From: Utricularia gibba
Taxonomy: Eukaryota; Plantae; Magnoliophyta
NCBI GenBank assembly: GCA_002189035.1
Contig: NEEC01000008.1
Location: 186,001-250,000, forward strand
Direction of reading: 5' to 3'
Length of the DNA stretch: 64,000 bases
Within the stretch, counting starts at the first letter, position 1, and the number at the start of each line of letters is the position of its first letter. A program made the translations under genes and the position numbers. The notes below the pieces were generated by a model that saw only the letters and a list, made by a program, of their open reading frames with translations, did no database searches and was not told the DNA's origin. Positions 49,601-62,416 of this stretch are shown piece after piece.

Positions 49601-52600
49601 CAATAGCGTTTGTATTAAAAATTTGCACCATACCTATGATTGCTTTATCGCCACGCTTTGCTTCGCTCCGATCAAGATAGTAGACACGTCCAGTATTGCG
49701 ATTACCTTGCTGCACTCCTGATCCTGTTACCCATGTGAGGCAATTTCTCACGAGATGACCACTCTGTCCACATGCATAGCACAGTCCTACTTGACACTCT
49801 CCCGGATATTTGCAGCCACACTTAGATCATACTGGGGCAGTGTTCCATCCAGCATCCTTCCGTGGTTGTCTAACAACATCAACCTTCCTCTCCAACGTGA
49901 GCACCTGTTTGTTTCTACCCTCATCCATGGCTGCTAACTCTATCTCGACCAACAGGGCGGCCCTCAGTTGCTCACCCACCCATTGTCCCTGCAGCCATTA
50001 AATGAGACGCTCATGCAGCCATGGTACTAAGGCCCAGCAAAACTTCAGCACTAGTAGCTCCTCTCACCCTACCAGCTCAGCTAGAGCTCGAACAAGGCTC
50101 TGGTAGCAAATAGGAAAATCATAGACCGATTTGCCATTCTTTTGTCGTACCGCTTCAAACTCGGCCACCTTCTAGGTGACCACCATTGAAAGATAGCAGC
50201 GGTTCAGATACTTCTTGCAAAATTCTTTTCGGCTAAATGTCTCTCTTGCCACCCCAGTGCTTCTCCACCATCTAGTCGCATCCCCCACCCAAGAAGTTTA
50301 TGGCCACCCACCCACGTTGTTCCACAAGCGTGTTTTGGATTCCTCATGTTATGTCACAACTCCATAATCTAGGAGTCCACCTATTATGGTGTAGGTAGTG
50401 ATTTCTCTCGTCCTCCTCACATGACCTCCCTTGTGTCCTCATTGGGTGTCCATGCGGGCTAAATAGATCAAACCAAAGCCACCTAGAAGACAAGCCACGT
50501 TTCTGGGTGGGGTAACGACCAAGGTTGCCTGGCACCCTTCTTGGGTCAATAAGAACCGAACACACGATTGGGTTACCAAGGTAAGTGCGATGATGCTAAC
50601 GAGTTAAGTCATGTGATAGGCATTTGGGGATGGCGCAAGTAATAAGAATTGAACACCATCAATGGACAAGGAGGAGCAGAATTCAGTTGTAGGGAACATG
50701 GAGATTCCACCTGATGGGATGGAGCAACTGGTAGCAGTTATCATCGTTGGAGTGGGTGCGTGCACGTACACCCAATGTGGATCAAGGGAAGTCTTATGAG
50801 GAAGAAGAGAGAAGCCACTATATGCGTCTTGAGAAGGGACGCATGGTTAACGACATTCGGTGGAGGGACCCCTTATGAGGCAGACTTCTAGATTATGGAG
50901 CTAGAACAGAACATGTGGATCCATAATACCCCAAGGGAACTACGTGGGTGAATTGATGCTGACTTCTTGGTGGGCGATGCTACAAGATGGCGGAGGAGCC
51001 TTGGGGTTTCTAACGAGTTCGTGAACTGAGAGGATTTCCGCAAGAAATTTCTCAATCGCTACTACCCCACAGTGTTGATCACTCAAAAGGTAATCGAGTG
51101 TGAGGCTATTCAGCAGCGAAGTGGTGAGATAGTGTACAACTTCCACACTCGCTATTAGCGTCTGGCATGGGTGGTGCCTGGATTGGTAGGGGGAGAGCAA
51201 TTGATGGTGCTGAAGTTTCGACAAGCTCTGATGCCCCGACTTCATGAGAGACTCATATCGGTGGCAGTAAAGACAATGGGTGAACTATTGAGGTTAGCCT
51301 TGTGGAAACTTAGTTGGCAGCATTGGATGAGGGTCAAAACAAGCACATGAGCATTGATGATAGGAAGGTCGAAGTTGTGAACCAACCAAGGAAGGAAGGG
51401 GATGGAACTCCAATCCGACATGTGTGAAGTGTGGAAGGAAACACATAGGGGAGTGCTATGCAAGGAAATGCTACGCGTGTGGGCAGGGTGGACACCTTGC
51501 AAGGAATTGGCCCACACACGCAATGGAACCAGCAGTGCAGCAAGGCAACCGTGACAGTGGTTGTGTCTACTACTTGGGCCGCATTGAGGCAGAGCGCGAC
51601 GATAAGACCGTCATAGGTACAACCAAACTCTTTAATATTGAAGTTATCACCTTATTTGATTGTGGAGCTACACACTCATTTATATTGGAGCAATGTGCAG
51701 AATGATTGAGTTTGGTGGGAACCCAGGCGGAGAGGTTTTGAGAGGTAAACGACGGTATCCGAATGTCAGTATTCAGATAGGGGATATGGAAGCAACAACA
51801 GCGCTAATAGGGCTCAAGATAAAAGAGATAGACGTCATCTTGGAGCTGGATTGGCTACAGAAGTACAAGGTACGGATGAGCTGTGCAGGTAGAACTGTGG
51901 AACATGAAGATGAGAGAGGACACAGATGGGAATATCATCCAAACAGGGGCATTCGGGAAATGGTGAAACAAGAGGACGAAGTGGGATTCTACCTAATAGA
52001 ATATATCCCACAAATGGGCAGCAAAGGGATATTGGTGGAGAGGGCGAAGGCCCTCATCCAGGAGTATGGCGATGTTTTTTCGGAAGAGCTACCGGGTCAC
52101 ATGTCTAACTGGGAGATTGAGTTTGAGATCGACTTAGTATCGAGGGCTGGACCAATCTCATGAGCACCTACCAAATGGCACCAGCAGAGATGAAGGAACT
52201 CATGGCACAACTGGAGGACCTTCAAGTGAAAGGATTTATATGCCCCAACACATCATCATGGGGTGCCCCGGTGTTGTTCGCGAAGGAGGGGACACTGAGA
52301 TTATGTGTGGATTATTGGGAGATCAACAAGGTAACAATTAAGAACAAGTATCCACTACAAAGAATCGATGATCTCTTCGAGCAGCTGAAGGGGTGACGGT
52401 ATTCTCCAAGATTGACTTGCGATCTAGTTATCATCAGTTGAAGATACGAGAGGGCGACATTTCTAAGACGGCGTTCCAGACAAGATATGGACACTTTGAG
52501 TTCGTGGTGCTACCTTTTGGCTTCATCAATACCTCGGCAGCTTTCATGGACTTGATGAACAGGGTCTTCCAACCTCATCTCGATAGTTTTGTGGTTGTCT

Positions 52601-54320
52601 TTATAGATGACATACTGGTATACTTCCTAGATGAAGACACCAATGATGCATCTATAAGTTGTGTTGTAGCAACTCCGTGAGAAGAAACTATATGCTAAGG
52701 CGAGCAAATGTGAGATTTATTTATCGAGTATTAGCTTCCTTGGACATATTATCAGTGGCAAGGGGGTCAAGGTGGACCTAATGAAGGTGGAGGCGGTGGT
52801 GGCATGGCTGACGCCTAAGATTGTTGGGGATCTACGGAGTTTCTTGGGTCATGCAGGCAACTACAGATGGCTTATCAAGTCTTTCTCTCAGAAAGCCCAG
52901 CCAATGATGGAGCTATTACGAAAAGAGAAGATGTTTACATAGACAGATCAGTGCCAGGAGAGCTTCACAGGGTTGAAGAAAGCCAAGCCAATGAAGGAGT
53001 ATGTGATCTATATGGATGCTAATGGTAAAGGCCTTGGGGTGGTATTGATGCAGGATGACAGCGCCATCGCTTTTGCCTCTAGACAATTAAAGGATCACGA
53101 GAGGAATTACCCAGTACATGACTTGAGGTTGGCTGCAATTATCTTTGCTTTGAAGGCATGTCGGCATTACTTTTATGGCGTGCAGTACGAGCTTCATACG
53201 GATCACCACATCCTAAAGTACATCTTCACTCACCGGGAACTCAATCTTTGGAAACATAGGTGGTTCGAGCTGATTAAGGATTATGATTTGACGGTGAATT
53301 ATCATCCTGGGAAGGCGAATGTTGTGACAGATGGTCTAAGTCGAAGTGTTCCAATTCAAGAATTGTGCTCAGTGATGGAACGCATGGGGATAGAGGTTGT
53401 ATCAAAGAGGATGTTGACCACGATCATCCATGCGATGCCCAACTTACTAGGTGAGATCAAGATGGCCCAGGGTGAGGATAGCGGATGCTAGATACAAGAC
53501 ATGGCATGCGAAGGGCGAGCTCCCTTTGCTATCAGGACACATGGGACAATCATGGCGCATGGGAGAGTATGGGTACCTGATCTAGGGACGTTGCGGGAGC
53601 ATATTTTGAGGGAGGCACATGAATCGGGATACACCATGCACCCCGGGAACACCACGATGTATCATGACCTTAAGAGAAGCTTCTAGTGGTTAGGGATGAA
53701 GCGGAGTATTGCCTCATTCGTGGGCAAGTGTCAGGACTGCCAGCGCACCAAGGCAGAACACTAAAGGCCAGGCGGGTTGCTACAGCCCCTGAGTATTCCT
53801 GAGTGGAAGTGGGAGATGTTCACCATGGATTTCGTGACAAGGTTGTCTCGGACCTACATGGGGAAGGATGAGATCTGGGTGGTGGTGGATCACCTCATGA
53901 ATAGTGCTCACATTCTGCCAATTCATTCCAAGTGGGGCATTAGCCGTCTCACTTGAGAGTACATGGCGGAGATAGTATGATTGCACGGGGTACTAGTGAG
54001 CATCGTTTTTTACCACAATATCAAGTTCACCTCTAGGTTGTGGCAAGCAATCCAGGAAGCATTGGGCCACAAGCTTAACATGAGCACTGCAATGCACCCC
54101 TAGACGGATGGACAATCTGAACAGAGGATCCAAATAGTAGAGGATCTATTGCGGGCTTGCGCCTTGAAGTTTCAAGGAAATTGCGACAAGCACATCTACT
54201 TGGTGGATTTTGCGTACAACAAGCTTGGGGATGTCTTTGTACAAAGTCTTGTATGGGAGGAAATATAGGACCCCTCTACATTGGGACGATGTGGGGGAAC
54301 AAGCACTATTGGTAGAGGAC

Positions 54321-54867
54321 TAGACCTGGGAATGGGTACGAGTTACTCGCACTCATGAAAAACAAGTACGAGTTGAGTCGGTGATTTTCAACTCGGCGAG
54401 TTACTCGGGTAACTTGTAAAAAATGAATGATTTGTAGTCCAGATTATTTATTTCTTAATTTAGATTTTATATCTTTTTTATTTAATATTAATAATTTGAT
54501 ACTAATTAATTTCACTTATATTATATACCGTTAGTCTCGAATATCGTAGAGGAGGAAAAACTTTATTATATTTTTTGAAATTGAATATTTAATGATTAAA
54601 TATATCATATACAAATAAAAACATTCCTATATAAGAAAAAAAGTAATTGAAAAATAAAATAATTATTTATAAAAATAAGATAAAATATGAGTTGATGAGT
54701 GCATACTCGGGTCAACTCGATGAGTCGACATGTACTGAGTCAACTGGGGTACAATACGAGTTGGGGATCAAAACCCGTTAATCCATCGACTCGTGAACTT
54801 GTAATAGAGCCATGACTCGACGAGCCCGAATCGTTATTTGGCAAGTTGCGACCCGTGCTCAAGTCTA
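54321..54867. mobile_element. Non-autonomous hAT-type MITE (547 bp) in the integrase of element B
   Basis: Imperfect TIRs TAGACCTGGGAATGGGT / (rc) TAGACTTGAGCACGGGT; GAGT/ACTCG subterminal repeats around an AT-rich core; degenerate 8-bp flanks TAGAGGAC/TCCAGGAT. The host frame resumes after it. Confidence 0.65.
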
Positions 54868-55842
54868 TCCAGGATGCAGAACTAAAGGTAAGGGTGATCA
54901 AGGAGAGACTTAAGGTTGTACAGGACAGACAGAAGAGTTGGACAGACATCAAGCGGAGACCGATGGACTTTGAGGTGGGAGACAGGGTCTACCTACAACT
55001 ATCACCTCAGCGAGGACTCACAAGGAGCACGAAGTTTGGAAAGATAGGACCCCGATTCATTGGACCATATACGATAACAGAACGCATTGGGAAGTTGACA
55101 TACAAGTTGGCCTTACCGAAAGGGTTGTCATGGATGCATGATGTTTTCATGTATCGTAGTTGAGGAAGCAGATACCAGACGCAGGGCGTGAGATACAGGG
55201 GGATGAGTTTGGGATTGCAGACAACCTCACCTATCAGGTACGCCCGTTACGTATTTTAGGCAGAAAGGTGACTATTTTGAGAGGGAGGCTAATTGTGTGG
55301 TTGAAGATTCCCTAGGCGAACCTTGGTCCTAAAGATGCAGCATGGGAGACATAAGTCTAGATGAGGCTACAGCACCCTAAGTTGTTTACAGGTAAGGTTT
55401 CGGGACAAAACCGAGGGGGGGGGGGAGGCGAGAATGTCATAACCCAGGTAGGAGAATGTTGCATTTCGATGATGATATAGTATGCAGAGAGGCTAAGGGG
55501 ACGAGCGTGGAGGGGCTACGAGGAACCCCTCTACTTGGCTATCCGTGTGCAAGGAATCGATTGGATCCGAACACAGCGTGCAACTCTTGATGGAGGAATA
55601 CTGAGTTCTCAAGTGAACCTTGAGGGTGCTTGTGGGAGAGACCCGCTTGAGTGGATTGGACTCTATGCAATTGAGCAAGCATGCGTGCCTAAAGTATGGT
55701 GAGTGACGCGTAGGACGCTGGGCGGAGTGTGGTCACGAGCCCAAGTGTTGGATGAGACATGCTTGGCAAGGATTGGCCCAATGGGGTGTTGGAGAAGGGC
55801 CCAAGGGCCTAAGAAGGGTAAGAGGGCCGACTTTTCACGTAC

Positions 55843-57190
55843 TAATGACATACATTTTTCCTGAAATTTATAATACAAAACAGTTATATTTTATTATGGT
55901 TTAAGTTAGATAAATGTGGTTTTTCATGTTTATATGTGTTTAAGTTAATTTTGTGTGTTTATGTTAAAAAGTGAACTAAATCATTTGATTTAGTCCACCA
56001 CCTTTATTACTAATGTTTGACTAAGTTCAGTAGGGAGATCAGCAGAAAAAATCAGAATTACAAACGTATGGAACAAGTGAAAAAGGGCGCAATATCCGAA
56101 GAGAGACAAAGAGCACTATTCTGCCGCCACTTGTAGTCTGCAAGTTCAGGCCAGGAACAGTGCTGGGTGTCATGAACAGTGCAATGGAGTAAAGGAGGGG
56201 AGATATTTTTCGAAAGAGGGATAGAGCGGGAACAACAACGAGGAGAGCGCAGAACGCACACAAGGTGGCTTCTCCCCCAACACAAAAAATACCAACGAGA
56301 AGAGGAGAAGGAGGCCTTCATCGTCAAGAGCAGCACCAGAGCCTAGTCCAGTGCTACTGTTCCGGGACGTGAACAACAACAACCGGGCGACACAACAATC
56401 TTTATTTCCTTTCCGTTTTCTGAACATTTAGAGTTTTTGTACCTAATTTGCTTACAATGTTTCTATCATTTTCGCTATATTATCTTAATGAAATCATGTT
56501 TTATTTTCCAAGTATGGGTAGTTAAAGCCTTAGGGATGCCATAAGTTGAAGTATGGTGGTATGTGCTTAGGGTTAATAATGAAATTTATGTTTGTTCCTT
56601 AGCTCTTGTTTCTGTCAATCCATGGGTAATGGAGTGGAACAAGTAGTTTCACAACTAAGATGCTTGGTTGAGAGGTAGACCAACAAATCAAAACGGGAGC
56701 AGTAGGTGTTAGTCCGGGGTAGAACTAGTAGAACCGGGTAGACCTAATTGCAATGTTGGTTATGATATTGGGGACTAGCTTAGTCGAAAATATGATGAAT
56801 GACGTGAGTAGACTTAGGTTATTTGAAGTTGTGAGTGTATGAACATGGTAAATTAAATTAGACACCTTAGCATCACACTACCTACAGACCCTTAAGACAT
56901 CTTCAAGTTATTTTGAGTTAAAACCAGTACTTATTACCTTTCACATTGAAACATGATTCCATTTACTGAACTTACTTACCACTGCTAGTCCGAGCTTAGA
57001 TTAAGACTTACCGTTACTTTAAATTCTGCATCTGCTGAAATACATGACAAGCACAAACTCCTTGTGATCGACCCCGAAATCCACTATACAAGTTTTCTAA
57101 ATTTGTATTTTGTGTAGATTAGGGCTTATAAATTTATTTGATACGGATTTCTATTTTTATTGCAACGATATTATGAATTTCTGTTTATCA
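55843..57190 (+). mobile_element. Solo LTR (about 1.35 kb), same family as 45200-46617, inside the 3' LTR of element B
   Basis: Starts TAATGACATACATTTTTCCTGAAA (decayed TG) and ends TTTATCA; colinear with the 45200 copy. No clean TSD (CGTAC/GAACC). Confidence 0.85.
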
Positions 57191-58253
57191 GAACCCGTAA
57201 AGTGAAGGGTTGGAAGAGGAAAGAGCTCAGAAGCCCAACATTCAAGGGTGATATATCAGAGAAGGATCGCCATCATGCCAAGATACGGAAGGAGAATGCC
57301 GCGTTTTGGTAGAAGGGCAAGGAGCTACACGAAGGTAAGGGACAACATGAGCAGGAGTGTACGAATAAGGGCCCAAGGGCCGTAAGATGATGAGCTCAAA
57401 GGGGCGAGGTCGGACCCTTGGCCGAGGTATCTCCGACGGCAACCCAACGTGAGTTTGAGGGTAGATCTCGTCATGAGCTCCAAAGGAAGCGGGGTTGGGA
57501 TGGATCACTGTGGTTGGGATCCCTCTTGATGGTAACATGATGTGCCATCACGGGATGCATGCCCCCTTGTGACTGACGGGTCCTTAGGATATATGTGTTT
57601 ATGCTCTTATGATGATATGTGCTGATGTTGCGCTTATGATGATATATGTCATGCTTATAATGATGTGTTTATCGTGAGTAATGTGGTCTACCCTACGCAT
57701 ATGTTGATCTCCTTATGAACTTATATGTAGGTGAAAGTTCTAGTCGTGCGAAGGCTGGTGGAGAGGTGGAAAGGCTGGCAAAGTGAACCCAGAGGACCGG
57801 GGGGACTGAGGAATAGAAAGCTATTAAATTGTCTCATGTTTTCCTTCTGCTTGATGTGGTTTTCATGGATTGTGTTGAACGGTTTTCTCGTATTTATGAA
57901 TAAGATATTCCCTAGAAATCTTGTATCCATGCTGGTTAAACGGATCAAATCAAAGCCACCCAGAAGATAGGTCACGTTTCTAGGTGGGGTAACGACCAGG
58001 GCTGCCTAGCCCCCTTCTTGGGTCGTTACACACTACAGCCATTGGCTGTTGCCAATTGTTCCATTCCACTAGGTGGGGTCTCCGCATTCCTCGTATTCAA
58101 GTGCTGCTCCTCCTTGTCCAATGATGGTGCTCAACTCTCATTGTTTGCACCATCAGCAGGTGCCTATCATGTGACTTAACACATCAGCATAATCATACTT
58201 AACTTGGTGTCCCGGTCGTGTGGCGGAGGACTGAAGGATGGTAGGATGAACCT

Positions 58254-58266
58254 GGCTTTGATACCA
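58254..58266 (-). other. Primer-binding site (tRNA-Met type) of element A
   Basis: TGGTATCAAAGCC on the minus strand, 3 nt after the LTR end at 58270; the canonical sequence is TGGTATCAGAGC. Confidence 0.8.
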
Positions 58267-61200
58267 AAATGTAACGAGCTAAGAAGAGGGCCTGGCAGCC
58301 ATGGTCGTTACCCCACCCAAGAATGTGATTGGTCTTTTGGGTGGGTTTGGTTTGATATGTTTAACCCGCATGGACACAATATTACTGGAAAATATCTTAT
58401 TAATAAATACAAGAAAACCATTTAACATAATCCATGAAAACCACACCAAACAAAAGGAAAACACGAGTCATACTATTAAACAAATGACCATTTTATTATA
58501 AACTTTCTTAATCATATTCTATACATAATATTAATAAAAGGTATGTAAGTAAATAAATTATATAAACCATAATGATAATATCTTTCTCTTCATCTTGTAT
58601 AAGATTATTGAAATTGAATATATGCTTGTTTACTTTTTCCATAATTGGTGTAGACTCAACAAATAGATTAACACTGATTCTGACATATAATGGGTTGAAG
58701 ATCTATAGTAAATCAATATCTGATCAAAATCCTATGAATCTTGTAAAGCTTGAACTTGAATCATAATATTGTATATGAGTTATTATTTTATATCGGCCAC
58801 CTTGTAAACCGTAAAATGATGATTATTGATTCTTTAATTCATCCAATGATACATGACTTTTGAATCTTGTAATAGCAATTGAAAGTTGATAATATGCCTG
58901 GTACCTACTGTAATTCATGGATATTTTCACTCAAGAAAATCTTCACCATAATAGATTGAAAAACTATCTTGATCAAGGAAGTATATCTTATGAAATCATT
59001 TTTGTTTGTAAAATAATAATAGAAATTCTCTTTAAATAGATTTTAAAAAAGAATGCTTGAAGATTAAAAAAATATAGAAATTAAGAAAATTATGCTAATT
59101 GGTTTAAAAAACAGGTCAGATCGGGCGATTCGATTGAGAAAAATTGGAATCAATTTAGAGACCAGTTCAATTTCAATAAAACTTGACAAATCAAGGCTTT
59201 TGTGTGTATATGGCAAAAAAGCAGGATTCTCTTGCAATACATGTGGCAAAAAGTTGCAACCTCTTGTAGTTGATGAAGAAAATATTGAATCTATTTTCAT
59301 TTCAGGTCATTTGAATGTATCATTATTTAAAGATTTAACAATTGAAAATGTTACTTTGAAACCTAGATATGAGGTCAATAATGAAGAGACACGAACCTAG
59401 AATTTGATTTAATGCTTTCATTTGGTTTTAAAGATATTTTTTTGTGTTCTTTTAATGTTTATGTGATTTTAAACTATTAGTTTTATTTAGATCTTAAACA
59501 TTTCTTTTTGTTATGTCACCGTTTTTTTTTATAGGAGCTTTAAAAGAACAAATCTCTCATTGGAATGTTTCAACTCTCCTACTATTTTTTGTAAAAAATT
59601 ATTGTGTTTGAACATAAATAACACATAAATAAAAAAGAATAGTTGAAAATAAAGAATGTAAAAAATAGGAAAAAAATGATTTAACATATAAAATGAAAAA
59701 ATTAAATAAAAGATAATATTATTTTTATAAATTGACTAATTTTAAAATTTAGTAAGATATTAATTAACGTGAAATTATTTAATTATGTTATTTTTAATAT
59801 ATACTACAGTTTTTTTAAAAAAATGTATATTTATTTATAAAATATAACGATAAAATAGAAAATTATAGTTTTGGTATATATGTTTATTAAAAAAAATTAT
59901 TTATTTGTATATATATATATATTATGGAATTAAAAATTGTATAAAAAATATTTGCTTTTTTTAAAATTAAATGATAACTATTTTTATAACAAAACCCACA
60001 GATGTACATTTTTATCACATATACCATACACTTATGTAAAAAACCCATTGCTCACTAATAAAACTGAAAAACCCAGATGACCGTTTTCCAACCATGGGAA
60101 TGCGAGCCCAACTCGGGCTGTGTGTACGACTCGTCCTTGTTTGGATTGTCCCAATGTTCAAATTTCGTTTTCAAAGCCACAGTAGTTTGCTCTGTCTACT
60201 TGTTATTTTCTTTATAATAAATTAGTTCAAGATGTTGATAAAGATGCAATCTTGTGTTGAATTGTTGAATGAAAGCATGAGATGGCAAATGAGCTTTTGC
60301 TTTCAATCACAATCAAGATGAAATGGGCAGTCAGTCAAACTTCAATAAAGAGGAGGAAAATTGGCTATCTAGGTAGCTACGAGGGTTTGAGGTGCCCGTG
60401 CCTGTAGGCTTTGGAATGTACACAGCAGTGTAAAGTATAGGGAGGGGGGGTTTTGCTTTGCACCTCCAGAATGCTAGAAGAAGACAGAAACTTAATTCAG
60501 TTATTACTTAAATAGTTTCCTGGTGCAGATCTCCCCTGCCCCAGTGATGCAGTGCTTACTCTGGAAACTTTTTTGCAGCTCCTCACAGACATTGAATTCT
60601 CTTTATGTTGCTGTTGGAAATCACCAACAAGGTAAAGTAAAAATCTGGGTATTTGCTTCGGGGTGGGGGAAAAATGTCTATCTTGCAATATGAATCCCAT
60701 GACTACCCCCTACCCCATTCTCACTGGTGTACACATGAATGATGAATCGGTCTCTTCTGATAGATAACTCTACTGTTCATACCTGTCGAAAAATGGCAGA
60801 GATGATTGGCATGTAGTGCGAAGGACTGATGGGTAATTTCCTTGGGGGGTTTCACATTTCTAACATGGCAGCCAAGGTACCTTAGAGTGGTGCATTCCTT
60901 GCGCCACAGATGGCGTGAGGTGAAGTGAAGAGAAGGCGACCGCATTGATGAGACATGACGCTATCCAGAAAAAAGGGGTGCACAAGCAAGGGAACTTCAA
61001 AAGGGTGGTTGAGAAATGAATGAGAGACATGAGTAAAATAAGGATTGTCTTGTTGATTGATTGATTGATCTAGCAGCAAAGTGTCTACTGCGGCATCTGC
61101 TTCTTGTTAAATCTTTGGTGAGAGTAATGCAATGAATCCCCTTCCCGGGTGTTGAGAAGAGACAAAAGAGCAAACTTACTGATGGCGATGGTCAAGCTAC

Positions 61201-61725
61201 AGAGCTATGACATTGCCACTGGTACTTAGATTATATATTGGTGTTGTGTTTAATGGTGGAACTGGAGCCCTAAGGAGCCAGGCAGCAGCAGGCTGCCCTT
61301 GACAGGCCAGGAGTCCTTCCTCCCTCCTCTCCTCATCTTCTTCTATATATTATTTTCTTTTTCTCTGTCATGTTATTGAAGGGGAAGACCCGGCCCTGTC
61401 TGAATCACATTGCTGAGTCATCGAAATTCGAGCTCTCTTTGGAGAAGGCACGGCACGGCAGGGCACGGATGCGTTGTTCCCATTGTGTTTTCCCACCGTA
61501 CCACGACGCTTTTTGTTTACCTTGAACCGGACACGTCGGAATGCCCTGCCGCCTCCAAACCGGTGCAAGAAGTCGTCGTCGTCGACCGTATGCTCCGAGG
61601 GCTACCCCAACGCATGATTCGTCCAAGTAGCAAACGTGGCGCCGTACGGACGCATCCCTCTTTTTGTTTTCTATTTCTAGCGAGGAATCCCAATAACACA
61701 CGCACGCATGCAAAATTTTTAAAAA

Positions 61726-61768
61726 CAGCAGCAGTAGCAGCAGCAGCAGCAATAATAATAATAATAAT
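61726..61768. repeat. Compound (CAG)n/(AAT)6 microsatellite
   Basis: Direct read; an (ATGCA)n run also lies at about 61916-61937. Confidence 0.85.
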
Positions 61769-62416
61769 ATATTTTTAGAATAAAAGATGCAACTTTGTGA
61801 AAAATAATTGACGTAATGATGGATCAGTATTGTCTGTACAAAAGAAAAAAAAAAAACCATGTAATGGGATGGTATCATGAACCAGTTCATTCCCATTCGA
61901 TTGCTTGGTTGCATGAATGCAATGCAATGCAATGCAATACAATACTACAACTGAATGGAACTGCTCTGTGGCGGATTTCATGGTCCACGCCCTGGACTGG
62001 AACAACACCTCCATGTACTTGCGCCTGCTCCCTCTCCCCGTTGAAAAGGTCGGAGGCTGGAGCCACCGCCAATGGGCATGAGACACACCAAGAAACACAC
62101 GCAGTTGAGATCAGATTGCGCATCTTTACGCTGAGGCCTCTCCTAAGGGAGTGTCGTGTCCATGGAAAAAAACGAAAAGCTTTTTTTTTTTTTTGGTGGT
62201 ATTGTTTTGTGTTTACTGTGGCATCGGGTGGGGTAGCTTGCATTTATGCGTTGAGGCCAGGGTAGGGACAGATAGATGGAGCAAAGGGTCATCAGGCTGA
62301 AGGGCAGTTCAAAGAGGACGAGAGTTTTTTTAAGGAGGTGTTGATCCATTGCATATCACAGCAGCAGCTTTTCGGTTAAAAATGCTTTCTGTTCTTTTCT
62401 TGTCTTGCTAATTGGG

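Larger units (their letters stand above)
50446..58030 (+). mobile_element. Tekay/Del-type element B (same family as A), nested in inverted orientation in the gag of A; 5' LTR remnant about 50446-50552, 3' LTR 55435-58030
   Basis: Colinear gag-PR-RT-RH-INT-chromodomain ([54 protein letters not shown]); G-rich PPT before 55435; LTR ends GTCGTTACA at 58030. PBS deleted. Confidence 0.85.
43882..58468 (-). mobile_element. Tekay/Del-type chromoviral Ty3 element A (minus strand), degenerate: 5' LTR remnant 58270-58468, PBS, gag start 58031-58250, body 50450-45165, 3' LTR 45164-43882
   Basis: LTR ends TGTCATAAC...GTCGTTACA; PPT 45165-45190. Gag zinc knuckle, LFDCGATHSF protease, RT ([34 protein letters not shown]), RNase H (ELAAVIFALKTWQHYFYG), integrase and a chromodomain-like tail. 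Many stops. Confidence 0.85.

Noticed and set aside
59092-59400. 102-aa ORF with CxxC after a TTTTAAAA..GGTCAGATCGG motif
   Set aside because: Probably an AT-rich non-autonomous hAT remnant; no matching terminus, TSD or protein family could be established.
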